A stretch of 64,000 nucleotides of DNA from an uncultured bacterium (GCA_949296705.1 CASFOW010000013.1:1693-65692), one strand, 5' to 3'; counted from the stretch's first letter, positions 48,747-58,634 are shown. Notes: a model not told the origin generated them from the letters alone. Numbers and translations: made by a program.

Positions 48747-49958
48747 TCTTCTACCAGAAAAGAATACATTTTGTTTAGGAAAGTAGATTAATTCCCTTGG
48801 ACCGGTAAAGGTACCATTATTATAGATTCTTGTAACATAGCTTACGTATTTACTCCAAGTATTACAGTTTTTATCGGCTTGGTTATATAATCTACAAGGT
48901 GCGATTTCTAGGTGAAGATGAGGGCCGTAAGCATAGCCAGTTGCGCCCATGTAACCAATATAATCATTAGTAGTAACCTTTTTTCCTACATAAATATTAG
49001 GTGCGTATTGGCTCATATGAGTATAAAGAGAAGAATAGTATTGGCCTGATGCAGTTTTATGTTCAATTACTACAGTTAATGCTCCGTAATCGTCTTTATA
49101 TTTAGCTGAAATTGTTCCATTAGCTACTGGATATATTTTAGTATTATACGGATTTTTATTAGATACATCAACAGCTCGGTGAAGACTTCCCCAGCGATAA
49201 CCAAATTCACTTGTTACATAGCCACTTTCAATAGGACGATACCAGCCCGCAACACTGCTTGTGGTAGCGCAATCACGTCCAATGACATCATTGTCTTCAC
49301 AACCCATTTCTTCATATGCTTTTATTTGTTCTTCATAAATTTTTATTTGTTTATCTACTGATACAGAGTTTTCATTCAAGGATGCTTTTACTCCTGTTAA
49401 ATCAGTAACTTGTTTGGTAAGTTCTTCTTGTCTTTGGGTCATTTCTTCTTCTTTTTGATTTAATTCTACTTCTCTTTGCTCATTAGCTTTAATCATATCA
49501 TTAAGTTCTTTAATTGTATTTTCATTATATTCTACTAATTGTTCCACAACCGACATTCTATAAATTAAATCCGTAATGGTTTCTGCCCCAAACGCATATT
49601 CTAAATATAAATTTTCGCCTTGGGCCATTTGATAATAAGCTATGATTTCTTTACTTTCGATTTCTTTTTCTTTAATTTCGTTATTATAGGTTATGATATC
49701 TTGGCGCATTTGTTCGATTTCTGCGGTCATATCTTGTAATTCTTGTTTAATACTTTCAATTTCTTGATTAGAACTTTCTATTTTATCTTCTGTTTCATTG
49801 ATTTTATCATTATTTTCTTGTTGTTCTTTTTTATATTTAGCTAACTGGTTTTTATAGTCTTGGAGTGTTTCTGCTTTTACTGAAGTAAATGGCATGATTA
49901 TTAGACTTACTATCAACAAGATAGATAATCCTGACAGAAAGCGATTTTTTTTCTTCAC
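48744..49958 (-). CDS. Secreted coiled-coil M23 peptidoglycan hydrolase (PcsB/CwlO/EnvC-type FtsEX partner)
   Basis: 404 aa. It has a signal peptide, about 200 aa of heptad-rich E/K/Q sequence, then an M23 domain with HRAVD (HxxxD) and HLHLE (HxH). It lies directly downstream of ftsEX. The GTG start follows AAGGAG. Confidence 0.8.
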   Translation of the reverse strand: MKKKNRFLSGLSILLIVSLIIMPFTSVKAETLQDYKNQLAKYKKEQQENNDKINETEDKIESSNQEIESIKQELQDMTAEIEQMRQDIITYNNEIKEKEIESKEIIAYYQMAQGENLYLEYAFGAETITDLIYRMSVVEQLVEYNENTIKELNDMIKANEQREVELNQKEEEMTQRQEELTKQVTDLTGVKASLNENSVSVDKQIKIYEEQIKAYEEMGCEDNDVIGRDCATTSSVAGWYRPIESGYVTSEFGYRWGSLHRAVDVSNKNPYNTKIYPVANGTISAKYKDDYGALTVVIEHKTASGQYYSSLYTHMSQYAPNIYVGKKVTTNDYIGYMGATGYAYGPHLHLEIAPCRLYNQADKNCNTWSKYVSYVTRIYNNGTFTGPRELIYFPKQNVFFSGRR

Positions 49959-49987
49959 TTTATCATCTCCTTTGCTTTTTTATATTA

Positions 49988-50893
49988 TTATACTTTGAGA
50001 TATTTTCTTACTGCTCGATAACTTCCAATCATACCTACAACGATTCCTATTCCTAAAATGATTAATGATACGATATAAATAAATGGTTCTGGACTAATCA
50101 TTCTTAATAATGGAGAAAATAGTTCTCCATCAAAATGATTGTATAGGGCAAAGTAGCCATACATGGTAACTACGATAGGAATGATAGAACCTAACATACC
50201 AAGGACCATACCTTCGATAACGAACGGCATTTTTATCGTAAAATTACTAGCTCCAACTAATCTCATAATAGAAATTTCTCTTTTTCTTGAGAAGATTGTT
50301 AACTTGATTGTATTGATAATTAAGAAAACCGTAACGACGATTAACGCGATAACTGTCACAACTACTACTTTTTCAACAATCTTAAAGGTAGATATTAACT
50401 TGTTAACCATTTTTTCTCCATAGTCAGTAAAATCAATTTCTTTCATTTCTTCAATCTTATCACTAGTTTCGTCGATTTGTTCAATATCCTTTACTGTTAC
50501 TAAGAAAGTATCCTTTAGGGGATTTTCATCATCACTCCAATTTTTCATTGCTTCATTTAAAGCGGGAGAAGTAGCTTGCATTTCTTCTTTTAATTTATCT
50601 TTTGATTTATATTCAATTGTTGCGATATTGTCTAGTTGCTCGATTTTAGCTTTTATTGTGCCTATTTCTGATGAGGCAACCTCTGGGTTTACGTATACGA
50701 CAATCGTAACATCTTCTTTAATTACTTTAGTGAAATTATTGACATTAAGAGAAGCCATGATCGCAATTGCGACAATAACTAAAGTAATCGCAATACAAGA
50801 GATAGAAGCTAAAGATAGGCTGAAATTCCTAAACACACTTTTAAAGGCATCTCTAATGCTTCTAAAAAACATTCTAAATGGCTTCATCATCAT
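49988..50893 (-). CDS. ftsX: Cell-division ABC transporter permease FtsX
   Basis: About 300 aa with 4 TM helices and an extracellular loop domain. It overlaps the ftsE end. Three consecutive ATGs (50893, 50890, 50887) leave the exact start ambiguous. Confidence 0.9.
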   Translation of the reverse strand: MMMKPFRMFFRSIRDAFKSVFRNFSLSLASISCIAITLVIVAIAIMASLNVNNFTKVIKEDVTIVVYVNPEVASSEIGTIKAKIEQLDNIATIEYKSKDKLKEEMQATSPALNEAMKNWSDDENPLKDTFLVTVKDIEQIDETSDKIEEMKEIDFTDYGEKMVNKLISTFKIVEKVVVVTVIALIVVTVFLIINTIKLTIFSRKREISIMRLVGASNFTIKMPFVIEGMVLGMLGSIIPIVVTMYGYFALYNHFDGELFSPLLRMISPEPFIYIVSLIILGIGIVVGMIGSYRAVRKYLKV

Positions 50894-51572
50894 AGCCTCC
50901 TTTCTCTACATCTTTTACAAGGCGACCTTCTTTTAAAATCACGACTCGCCGATTCATTTTATTGACAATATCCTTATCATGGGTAGCCATAACGATTGTT
51001 GTTCCTAGGGTTTGATTGATCTCTTCGAGTACTTTCATGATTTCCATACTCATTTCTGGATCAAGATTTCCGGTTGGTTCATCACAAAGTAGTAATTTAG
51101 GTTCATTAACAATTGCCCTTGCTATTGCTACTCTTTGTTGTTCCCCACCAGATAATTGATCAGGATAATTTCTGACCTTTCCTTTTAGACCAACTAATTC
51201 TAGAGCTCTTAATACTTTTTGATTAATTTCTTCTTTCTTGGCTCCAATAACTTCTAAAGCAAAAGCTACATTTTCGTAGACTGTTGACTTGGGAAGAAGA
51301 CGATAATCTTGAAAAACAATTCCTAGTTTTCTTCTTAGTTTATATACTCTGCCATTTCTTAGTTTCGCAACATTTAACCCACCGACAATAATTTCACCCT
51401 TTGTGGGTTTTTCTTCTCGGTATAACATTTTAATCAATGTACTTTTTCCACTACCAGTACCACCGATAATAAAGACAAAATCGCCTTTTTTTATTTTTAA
51501 ATTAAGATCATATATTGCGGTAACACCATTTCGGTATTGTTTACTAACATCCTTTATTCTTATTAATTCCAT
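50874..51572 (-). CDS. ftsE: Cell-division ABC transporter ATP-binding protein FtsE
   Basis: 232 aa. Walker A GGTGSGKST, signature LSGGEQQRVAIARA and Walker B LLLCDEPTGNLD are present. Confidence 0.95.
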   Translation of the reverse strand: MELIRIKDVSKQYRNGVTAIYDLNLKIKKGDFVFIIGGTGSGKSTLIKMLYREEKPTKGEIIVGGLNVAKLRNGRVYKLRRKLGIVFQDYRLLPKSTVYENVAFALEVIGAKKEEINQKVLRALELVGLKGKVRNYPDQLSGGEQQRVAIARAIVNEPKLLLCDEPTGNLDPEMSMEIMKVLEEINQTLGTTIVMATHDKDIVNKMNRRVVILKEGRLVKDVEKGGYDDEAI

Positions 51573-51620
51573 TTTTTACCACCTAATCATCATATTTTCT
51601 TATCTATTTTTATGAAAAAC

Positions 51621-51641
51621 ATTATAACATTTTTTTCGACA
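51621..51641 (-). promoter_or_regulatory. Extended -10 promoter element for ftsEX with an adjacent perfect 0A-box heptamer
   Basis: Minus strand has TGTTATAAT (plus-strand 51621-51629), preceded by TGTCGAA (plus-strand 51635-51641) in the spacer between the -10 and the poor -35 hexamer. Confidence 0.4.
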
Positions 51642-51695
51642 AATTTATAGAGCTTTCCACAATTTCACACATTTCATTGTCATTTTCTTTTCCAA

Positions 51696-51729
51696 GAAAA
51701 AAAAGAAGCCACTATGTTTCTGCTTCTTA
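51696..51729 (-). terminator. Intrinsic terminator after the YitT-family genes
   Basis: Minus strand has AAGAAGC-agaaacatagtg-GCTTCTT followed by TTTTTTCTT. It overlaps the stop at 51727. Confidence 0.7.
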
Positions 51730-52632
51730 TAATTCTTTTTCTCGGTATTCACCACCATAAACTTGATAAGAGTCGGTTACGATGAAAAAAGCTTGATTAT
51801 CGATTGTCTTAATTCCCTCTTTTAATTTAAAATACTCACGATTAGGAATTACAGTCATTAAGGCTTTTCTTCTTTTTTCTTGGTATCCTCCTCGCGCTTC
51901 AAAAATAGTCACTCCATGGTGAAGTTCATTCATAATATAGGCTTTTACTTCTTCCTCTTTTGATGTCATGATATGTAGGCATTTATTCTTAGATACACCG
52001 ATTAATACCCGGTCTAACACAATACTATAAATATATAAAATTATAGCAGCATACATGACCATATCCCAACCGAAAGTAAATCCACCTACTGCTACGATAA
52101 TCATATTGGTCACAAAACTAGTGTTAGAAATCGAAATTTTCTTATAGCGGGCTAGAATTTCGCTAATGATCGCAAAACCTCCATTACTGAAACCTACTTT
52201 GTATACCATACCAGTTGTTGCTCCGGATAAAATGCCAATATAAATCGAGATTAAAATCTTATCTGACAAATCTACGGTTAGATAATTACTAAGTTGTGAG
52301 GTTAATTCTACAAAAATAGGATAGATGATTGTTGATATCAACGCGCCTGATGTTTTTTCGATTCCTAAAAAGATAGCGCCAATAATCAGTAATACGACAG
52401 AAAGAACAAAGATGATTAAAGAAGGACTAATTCCGGTTACGGCATTGATAATAATGGCAATGCCACTTGTACCTCCGGTAACAATTTCTGTAGGTAACTG
52501 TAGTAAATTAAAATAACAGGCTGAAATCAATAAAGAAATGATTAAAATTGTATAGCGACTGAATAGTTTTTTCTTGCGGACTATTTCGATAATGGTATTG
52601 GTAGTTTCTTTTCCTTTTCTAAGTAGTTTCAT
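51727..52632 (-). CDS. YitT-family membrane protein (DUF2179 C-terminal domain), copy 2
   Basis: The ATG at 52632 follows GGAGG; the ORF-track extension overlaps the upstream gene. It has 5-6 TM helices plus the C-terminal domain HGVTIFEARGGY. Confidence 0.8.
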   Translation of the reverse strand: MKLLRKGKETTNTIIEIVRKKKLFSRYTILIISLLISACYFNLLQLPTEIVTGGTSGIAIIINAVTGISPSLIIFVLSVVLLIIGAIFLGIEKTSGALISTIIYPIFVELTSQLSNYLTVDLSDKILISIYIGILSGATTGMVYKVGFSNGGFAIISEILARYKKISISNTSFVTNMIIVAVGGFTFGWDMVMYAAIILYIYSIVLDRVLIGVSKNKCLHIMTSKEEEVKAYIMNELHHGVTIFEARGGYQEKRRKALMTVIPNREYFKLKEGIKTIDNQAFFIVTDSYQVYGGEYREKEL

Positions 52633-52633
52633 C

Positions 52634-53518
52634 TTATTCGCCTCCAGATACTTCATAAGCATCGGTTGCGACAAAGAAAGCTTTAGGATCAATTTCATGA
52701 ATTCCCATCTTTAACCGATAATATTCTTTAGTTGGGACAACACAGAATAATAACTTTTGTTTTTCTTTCATAAAGCCACCTTTAGTATCAAAAATAGTCA
52801 CTCCATGGCCTAATTCCTTTAATACATACTCACGAATTCTTTCTTCTTCCTCCGCAATAATATAGAAGGCTTTAGAATCAGATATTCCTAATAATACTCT
52901 ATCTGTCAATAATCCTACTAAGTAAATAACAATAATTGCATACATTAATTTATTAACACCAAAGATAAATACACCACTAAGAACAATTAAGCCATCGCTC
53001 ATTAACATCGCATTTCCCATACTGACTTTTCCGTATTGGGCGATTATTTGATTGATAACATCGGTACCACCAGTCGTGAAACCGGCTCTAAATACGAGTC
53101 CTGCACCAAAGCCGTAGAGAATTCCACCAAAGATTGCGGCAAGTAATAATTCATCTCCTACTTGGATATAATCGGAAATATTTTCCGTAAGATTGACACA
53201 TAAAGGATAGATAATGGAACCTAGTACTGTTCCCGCTGTTTTTTCTTTTCCTAAAGTAAAGTAACTCACTACTAGTAAAATAAGGGAACTTATCATAATA
53301 AAATATGAAGGATTGATATTTAGTAAATCTTTGGCTATTACGGCTAACCCACTTACTCCGCCAGAAACTATATTATTGGGGAGTAAAAACAAGTTGAAAG
53401 CAATAGCGACTAAGAAACAACCAATGATTAATTCTAAATAACGACGCAAGCGATATTTGGCATTAATTTCTCTTACAATATTTCGGGTATCTATTTTTTC
53501 TTTTTTAAAAGGCCACAT
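52634..53518 (-). CDS. YitT-family membrane protein (DUF2179 C-terminal domain), copy 1
   Basis: 294 aa with the same architecture as the next gene (HGVTIFDTKGGF). It starts 1 nt after the prfB stop. Confidence 0.8.
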   Translation of the reverse strand: MWPFKKEKIDTRNIVREINAKYRLRRYLELIIGCFLVAIAFNLFLLPNNIVSGGVSGLAVIAKDLLNINPSYFIMISSLILLVVSYFTLGKEKTAGTVLGSIIYPLCVNLTENISDYIQVGDELLLAAIFGGILYGFGAGLVFRAGFTTGGTDVINQIIAQYGKVSMGNAMLMSDGLIVLSGVFIFGVNKLMYAIIVIYLVGLLTDRVLLGISDSKAFYIIAEEEERIREYVLKELGHGVTIFDTKGGFMKEKQKLLFCVVPTKEYYRLKMGIHEIDPKAFFVATDAYEVSGGE

Positions 53519-53519
53519 A

Positions 53520-54615
53520 CTATTCTCCTTTCAAACTTGCTTCGATGAATAAGTCTAAATCTCCATCTAAGACTTTGGAAACATTACTGGTTTCTACATT
53601 TGTTCTTAAGTCTTTGACCATAGAATAAGGATGCATAACATAGCTTCTTATTTGTGAACCAAATTCGATATTTTGATAAGTTCCTTTAATCTCATTTAAC
53701 TCTTTTTCTTTTTTTTCTTGTTCCATAAGATAAAGTTTGGCTTTTAACATTTTCATGGCCTGTTCCTTATTTTGAATTTGGCTTCTTTCATTTTGACAAG
53801 TAACTACTGTCTTAGTTGGTAAATGGGTAATTCTAACTGCGGAATCAGTTGTATTTACGCCCTGACCCCCACAACCACTTGAGCGATAGACATCGATTTT
53901 TAAATCTTTTTCGTTGATTTCAACATTAATAGTATTATCAAATTCTGGAATAATATCTATAGAAGCAAAAGAAGTATGTCTTTTATTGGCGGCATCAAAT
54001 GGAGATAATCGTACTAAACGGTGTACACCTTTTTCATTTTTTAAATAGCCATAAGCATAAGTTCCTTCTATTTTGATGGAGGCACTTTTTATCCCTACTT
54101 CTTCTCCTTCTTGATAATCAAGAATGGTAGTCTTATAACCTTTTTTTTCACAATAGCGTAAATACATTCGATAAAGCATCATTGCCCAATCACAAGCTTC
54201 TGTTCCGCCCGCACCAGAATGTACTTCTAAAATACAGTTGTTTTTATCGTAAGGGCCATTTAACAATAGTAAAATCGAAAGTTTTTCTAATTCTTTTGCT
54301 TCTTCTTTTACTTCTTGTTCTAGTTCGTGTTCTAAATTAGTATCTTCTTCTAAGATTAGTAATTCTAATAACTCAGCTTCTTGTTGATTTTTATCCTTTC
54401 TTTCTTTAATCCCCGCAGTTACGTTTTTTAACTCACTCATCTTTTTAATAATTGTATCTGCTTTCTCTTTATCGTTCCAAAAATTGACATCCTGCATCTT
54501 TTTTTCGCAGGTTTCTAGTTCTTTTAATTTTTGCTCGATGTCAAAGTGACCTCCATAAATCATCGATTTCTTTTTTATTTTTTTCGATTACTCTTTTCAT
54601 TTCGTTCTTATCCAT
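53520..54615 (-). CDS. prfB: Peptide chain release factor 2, made by programmed +1 frameshift
   Basis: Frame 0 reads MDKNEMKRVIEKNKKEIDDLWRSL then TGA. The +1 frame continues DIEQKLKELE... through the SPF (RLSPFDA) and GGQ (SGCGGQGVN) motifs, giving about 364 aa in total. The ORF track shows only the downstream frame (53520-54563). Confidence 0.95.
54540..54554 (-). other. RF2 autoregulatory +1 frameshift site
   Basis: Minus strand reads GGAGG TCA CTT TGA C: an internal SD-like GGAGG, 3 nt, then the canonical CUU UGA C slippery/stop context. Confidence 0.9.
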
Positions 54616-54645
54616 AGTTTTCTCCTCTTTCTTTACTCTATCCTT

Positions 54646-55467
54646 TTATTTATCTTTATCTAGTTGAATATCTAATCGCTTTAGAAAGCGCTCTAATTCT
54701 TTATCAGTTACTGTCATACATCCTAAATCATTATCTTGATATAAGCTCCCGTGATAATCACTACCTCCGGTTAAAAGTAGATGGCTATCATTTATGTGGC
54801 TCATTACCTCTTCCTTATTTTGACCCGGATAATTTACTTCTATACCGTCTATTCCCATGGCAATGATTTCTTCAACGGAAGTTGTTGTTAGATACATTGG
54901 GTGGGCTAAAACGGCTATCATATGGTTGCGGTGAAGTAATTCTATTCCCTCTTTAGTTTCTAGGCGCTCAATTTCTACATAGGCTTTGGATTCATCATTT
55001 AAAAACCGGTCAAATACTTCTTGATAAGTATACCCATATTTTTTTTCGATTACTCTCGCAATATGAGGCCTCGCAATATTGCCATGACTGTTCTTTTTTA
55101 CTTCGTTATAATCAATTTCTAACTGATAAAATTCTTTTAAATTTACTAGGATTTTCTTGATTCTTTTCTCGCGTTTTTCTTTCATCTTATCTAAATAACT
55201 GATTAATTCACTACTATTAGAAAGATTGTTATGACAACAGTAACCAAGAATATGAATTGGTTTTCCTAGGTGATACGTACTTAATTCTACTCCAGCAATT
55301 ACTGGGTAGTCTAATCTTTTCTTGTGATATTCGATTATTCCCTGGAGAGTGTCATGATCAGTAAGAGCAAAACAATCAAGACTTTTTTCTTTCGCGTGTT
55401 GAATTAATTCTTCTATACTACAAGTTCCATCTGAATAATGAGAATGTACATGTAAATCTGCTTTCAT
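54646..55467 (-). CDS. PHP-domain phosphoesterase (TrpH/YciV-like)
   Basis: 273 aa. MKADLHVHSHYSDG, ALTDHDT and GGSDYHG are PHP metal-binding motifs. Confidence 0.8.
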   Translation of the reverse strand: MKADLHVHSHYSDGTCSIEELIQHAKEKSLDCFALTDHDTLQGIIEYHKKRLDYPVIAGVELSTYHLGKPIHILGYCCHNNLSNSSELISYLDKMKEKREKRIKKILVNLKEFYQLEIDYNEVKKNSHGNIARPHIARVIEKKYGYTYQEVFDRFLNDESKAYVEIERLETKEGIELLHRNHMIAVLAHPMYLTTTSVEEIIAMGIDGIEVNYPGQNKEEVMSHINDSHLLLTGGSDYHGSLYQDNDLGCMTVTDKELERFLKRLDIQLDKDK

Positions 55468-55648
55468 TTTTCACTTTCTTTCCTATTAATCAAATTTTAT
55501 CATAAAACCGAAAGAACAAAAATGTTTTTCTACTAGTTTTGTATAATTCTATTCTTTTTCTATCAATTGAATATTCTCTTTCAAATATAACTTTTTATTA
55601 TGTTTTTTATATTTCGATATTTTTTATCTTGGAATAAATATTTTTTTA

Positions 55649-55702
55649 TTAGTTTTCATTAAAAGTTAATATTACATTATCTATATCTATCCCAATTCTC
55701 AT
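55649..55702 (-). pseudogene. 17-codon relic of a HAD-type nucleotidase/phosphatase N-terminus
   Basis: A strong SD (AGGAGG) lies 6 nt before the ATG at 55702. Translation is MRIGIDIDNVILTFNEN then TAA. IDIDxV resembles HAD motif I. No coding potential continues downstream. Confidence 0.3.
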
Positions 55703-55770
55703 TGCTTATCCTCCTATGTTTCTTGTTACTCCTATTTTTTGTAGAAATTGTACCATATCGAAGGAAATCT

Positions 55771-56220
55771 TTAATAATTAAATTTCTTTTGATAAGAAGT
55801 ATTTTGACTTTCTAATATTTCTAGAGTTTTTCTATCTAGCTCATTTTGATAATATTTTTCTAATACTTTGACAAATGTTTCTTCGTTTGGATCTGCTTGA
55901 GAAAACAATGTCATAGATGATCTAACTTTTATGGCATCTAAAGTGCCTAGTATTTCGAAGGCAGTTTTTCCATCAACTGATAATAATGCTTTAGAAACTT
56001 CAATTAAACGATTGCGAAGAATAGGGTTTTCTAAATATTCTTGTGCTTCATTTAAGTCTTTGATCCCATAGTAAAAAGAGGTACTACTTTCTCCTAACCC
56101 TTGTATTTGCGGAAAAATATACCATATCCAATGACCTACTTTCCTACCATTTTTTATTTCTCGGCAAGCAATTTCATAACTCTTTTCTTGGGCTTGTAGA
56201 AATCTTTCTAAGTTTTTCAT
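55771..56220 (-). CDS. DUF1810-family protein
   Basis: LERFLQAQEKSYEIACREIKNGRKVGHWIWYIFPQIQGLG is the DUF1810 hallmark. The ATG at 56220 follows GGGAGG; the ORF track starts 4 codons earlier. Confidence 0.7.
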   Translation of the reverse strand: MKNLERFLQAQEKSYEIACREIKNGRKVGHWIWYIFPQIQGLGESSTSFYYGIKDLNEAQEYLENPILRNRLIEVSKALLSVDGKTAFEILGTLDAIKVRSSMTLFSQADPNEETFVKVLEKYYQNELDRKTLEILESQNTSYQKKFNY

Positions 56221-56802
56221 AATTCCTCCCATTAATACTTTTATTGATGATTTAAAACTAAATTACAGTAATTTGATTTCTAGTAAATGGTTTAGCTAGA
56301 TAGTTTGAAAAAACTTCTGATATATATTTTTCTAGATCCTGCCATAACATTAGTAGGTGATCATTACAGGTGTTTTCACAGCTTTTATATTTCATACTAT
56401 TATTACGTCAATATGAGAATTCCAACTAGATAATACTTTAGTCACTATTTTAATGCTTAAAGTACTGTTATCAGCAATCAAATTTTTCTATTAGAATTAT
56501 CAAAATTATTTACTAAGCTACTCTTCTCTATTACTAGAGATCGAAATAACATTTTTTGATTTAGACTAATTATTTTTCCTATCTTTTGAGAAATATTCAC
56601 CATAAATGTTGAACCTTGACTAAATAAACTATAAAAAGTAAATACTTCATTTATAAACATTTCCTTTATTAAATTTTTATTTTGTTACAATTAAGACTAA
56701 ACTTTTAGGACATTAGTATTTATTTTTAACAGTTAGTTGATTGCCTTTTATAATTTTCCTATTTATCTGATTTACTTTAATAACGCAATGAAAGTCTTAT
56801 TT

Positions 56803-57207
56803 TTAACTCCATTGTTTTCGTTTGGTTTTTGGTTGTTCTAGCTCGACCAACCTGCCATTCATTCGTCTTAATACAATTGTTTTTAACGCATTTTCTTGAT
56901 GAGCAGCGATGACTACATCAATAGGTAAACAACCAATATGCCATTCCCAGGCTTTCTTTAAATCTGCATTGGGATTAATTACTGCGTATACATTATCATT
57001 TTCATCTTGTAGTAGCCTATATAATTCGGATGTTTGTTCACATCTAGGTCCAATACTAAATTTAGAATTCATATTATCTAAATTCTCATTTATTATCGCA
57101 TCAAATTCTAATGCTTTATCGTAAGATAACATGTCAGTTCCTACATATTGCTTTCTATATAGTAAAGCCATGGCTATTATATCTGATTCATATGTTCTTT
57201 TTCCCAT
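56803..57207 (-). CDS. Hypothetical protein (134 aa)
   Basis: The ATG at 57207 follows AAGGAG 8 nt upstream. I recognise no family. It is the second gene of an isolated two-gene cassette. Confidence 0.5.
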   Translation of the reverse strand: MGKRTYESDIIAMALLYRKQYVGTDMLSYDKALEFDAIINENLDNMNSKFSIGPRCEQTSELYRLLQDENDNVYAVINPNADLKKAWEWHIGCLPIDVVIAAHQENALKTIVLRRMNGRLVELEQPKTKRKQWS

Positions 57208-57248
57208 TTTAAACACTCCTTCGATTATTTTTCTATATATATAAATCT

Positions 57249-57782
57249 TTACTGTTTAAAATTAACTTCAAAGTATGTAAATATATTTTCATTCGGAATA
57301 GTTAATTTAAATAGAAATTTATTATCATCTAATTTAAGTACATAAAGACTTGTTAATTGATGGAACATGTCACTTTGGCTATTAGTTGGTAGGTAACATT
57401 CCAAAAATCCAGATTCGTCTTCATTAGATCTTTTAGCAATTATCTCACTTTCTAGTAGATATTTTGTGATATCTTCTATTTTATTTTTCTTAAAACTATT
57501 TAAAGTTTTTAACCCTAACTTAAGCATAAAGCTAAGAAAGACATGATTGCTATTATCGTCAACTCCTGATATCTCTAAAGAAATTACTGGGATAGAGTAT
57601 TCTTCTCCTTTTTTTCCATCAATGAATTCTACGCTTTCTATATTATCATAATAATAGATAATTTTAGCATCTATAATATCTTTACCATCAAGTTCAAAAA
57701 TATAGTCAGAAAATTTTAAAATTTCTTCTACTTCTCTTATTTTACTATTATTCCCAATTTTACCAACATAAGTTTTACACAC
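57249..57782 (-). CDS. Hypothetical protein (177 aa)
   Basis: The GTG at 57782 follows AGGAGGAG. I recognise no family. It is the first gene of the isolated two-gene cassette. Confidence 0.5.
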   Translation of the reverse strand: MCKTYVGKIGNNSKIREVEEILKFSDYIFELDGKDIIDAKIIYYYDNIESVEFIDGKKGEEYSIPVISLEISGVDDNSNHVFLSFMLKLGLKTLNSFKKNKIEDITKYLLESEIIAKRSNEDESGFLECYLPTNSQSDMFHQLTSLYVLKLDDNKFLFKLTIPNENIFTYFEVNFKQ

Positions 57783-58265
57783 TAATATCTCCTCCTACTT
57801 ATTTGTTAGTTTTAATTTGTTTTTGATGCTAGTTACTCCTATATTTTTAAATTATTATCACTTATTTGAATCGATTTGTCATTTTTATTATATCAGAAGA
57901 AATATCATTTAATACAAAAAAACACCTCAATAGAAAATAATATATCATAATTATCGTTACAGATAAAAATGATTGTACTTTTCTAGATGAGGAATTATTT
58001 ACTTTCTGTAAATAAAGTTCTATTTAGCAAAAGCAATTTTCTTACTTTTAAAATTTTTTCCATTTTTTTAAATCTATTTTTCGCAACTAAATTTTACTTT
58101 TTTTGCTTTCACAAATAGCACTTTTAATATTAGTAAACTATAAGATAACATTTTGAAAAAAACGAGTATTATGTGACACTGTTTTAATAGTATTGTATTT
58201 TTCTTTTTTTCAAAAAATGTTTATACTAATTTTCAAAAATATTTATATTATCTTTTCGTATAATT

Positions 58266-58634
58266 TTATACTTTCTTTTTTATTAATTGTATAGGAATTC
58301 CACTATTATCTTTAATAAAAAAAGTTTTTCTATTTAAGTCACCATAAAATATATCTAGATTCGCTACTTTATAGCCAATTTTATTCGCTATTTCAAAAGC
58401 TTCTTCATCTTCCGTAAAGGAATAAGCAATATGAGAAATTTTTGAAAGTTCTTTTTCCCTACTAGCTACAGCTGGTTCAAAAATCTCTAGTCTTGTTGCG
58501 CCTAAATCTAATTCTGCCCATTTGTATTCTTCATCATTAAACTTATTTTGTAACTTATAACCTATATTCATATAAAACTTTATGGCTTCTTCCAAATTGT
58601 TTACTGTGATTGCAATATGATCTAACTGTATCAT
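58266..58634 (-). CDS. VOC/glyoxalase-family protein
   Basis: About 122 aa. MIQLDHIAITVNNLEEAIKFY..., HIAYS and the paired beta-alpha-beta-beta-beta pattern are typical of VOC. The ATG at 58634 follows GGAGGTG. Confidence 0.65.
   Translation of the reverse strand: MIQLDHIAITVNNLEEAIKFYMNIGYKLQNKFNDEEYKWAELDLGATRLEIFEPAVASREKELSKISHIAYSFTEDEEAFEIANKIGYKVANLDIFYGDLNRKTFFIKDNSGIPIQLIKKKV

Noticed and set aside
56233-56802. ORF 56478-56660 (60 aa) and a 45-aa ORF at 56258-56395 in the spacer after the two-gene cassette.
   Set aside because: The SD is absent or abuts the ATG. The region is very AT-rich with a codon composition typical of non-coding DNA, and I recognise no family.
57783-58265. 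483-bp AT-rich spacer, checked for repeats, small ORFs and RNA genes.
   Set aside because: It has no direct or inverted repeats beyond a few bases, and no SD-preceded ORF. A 43-aa ATG ORF at about 57986 has no SD. I report the spacer only as part of the island.
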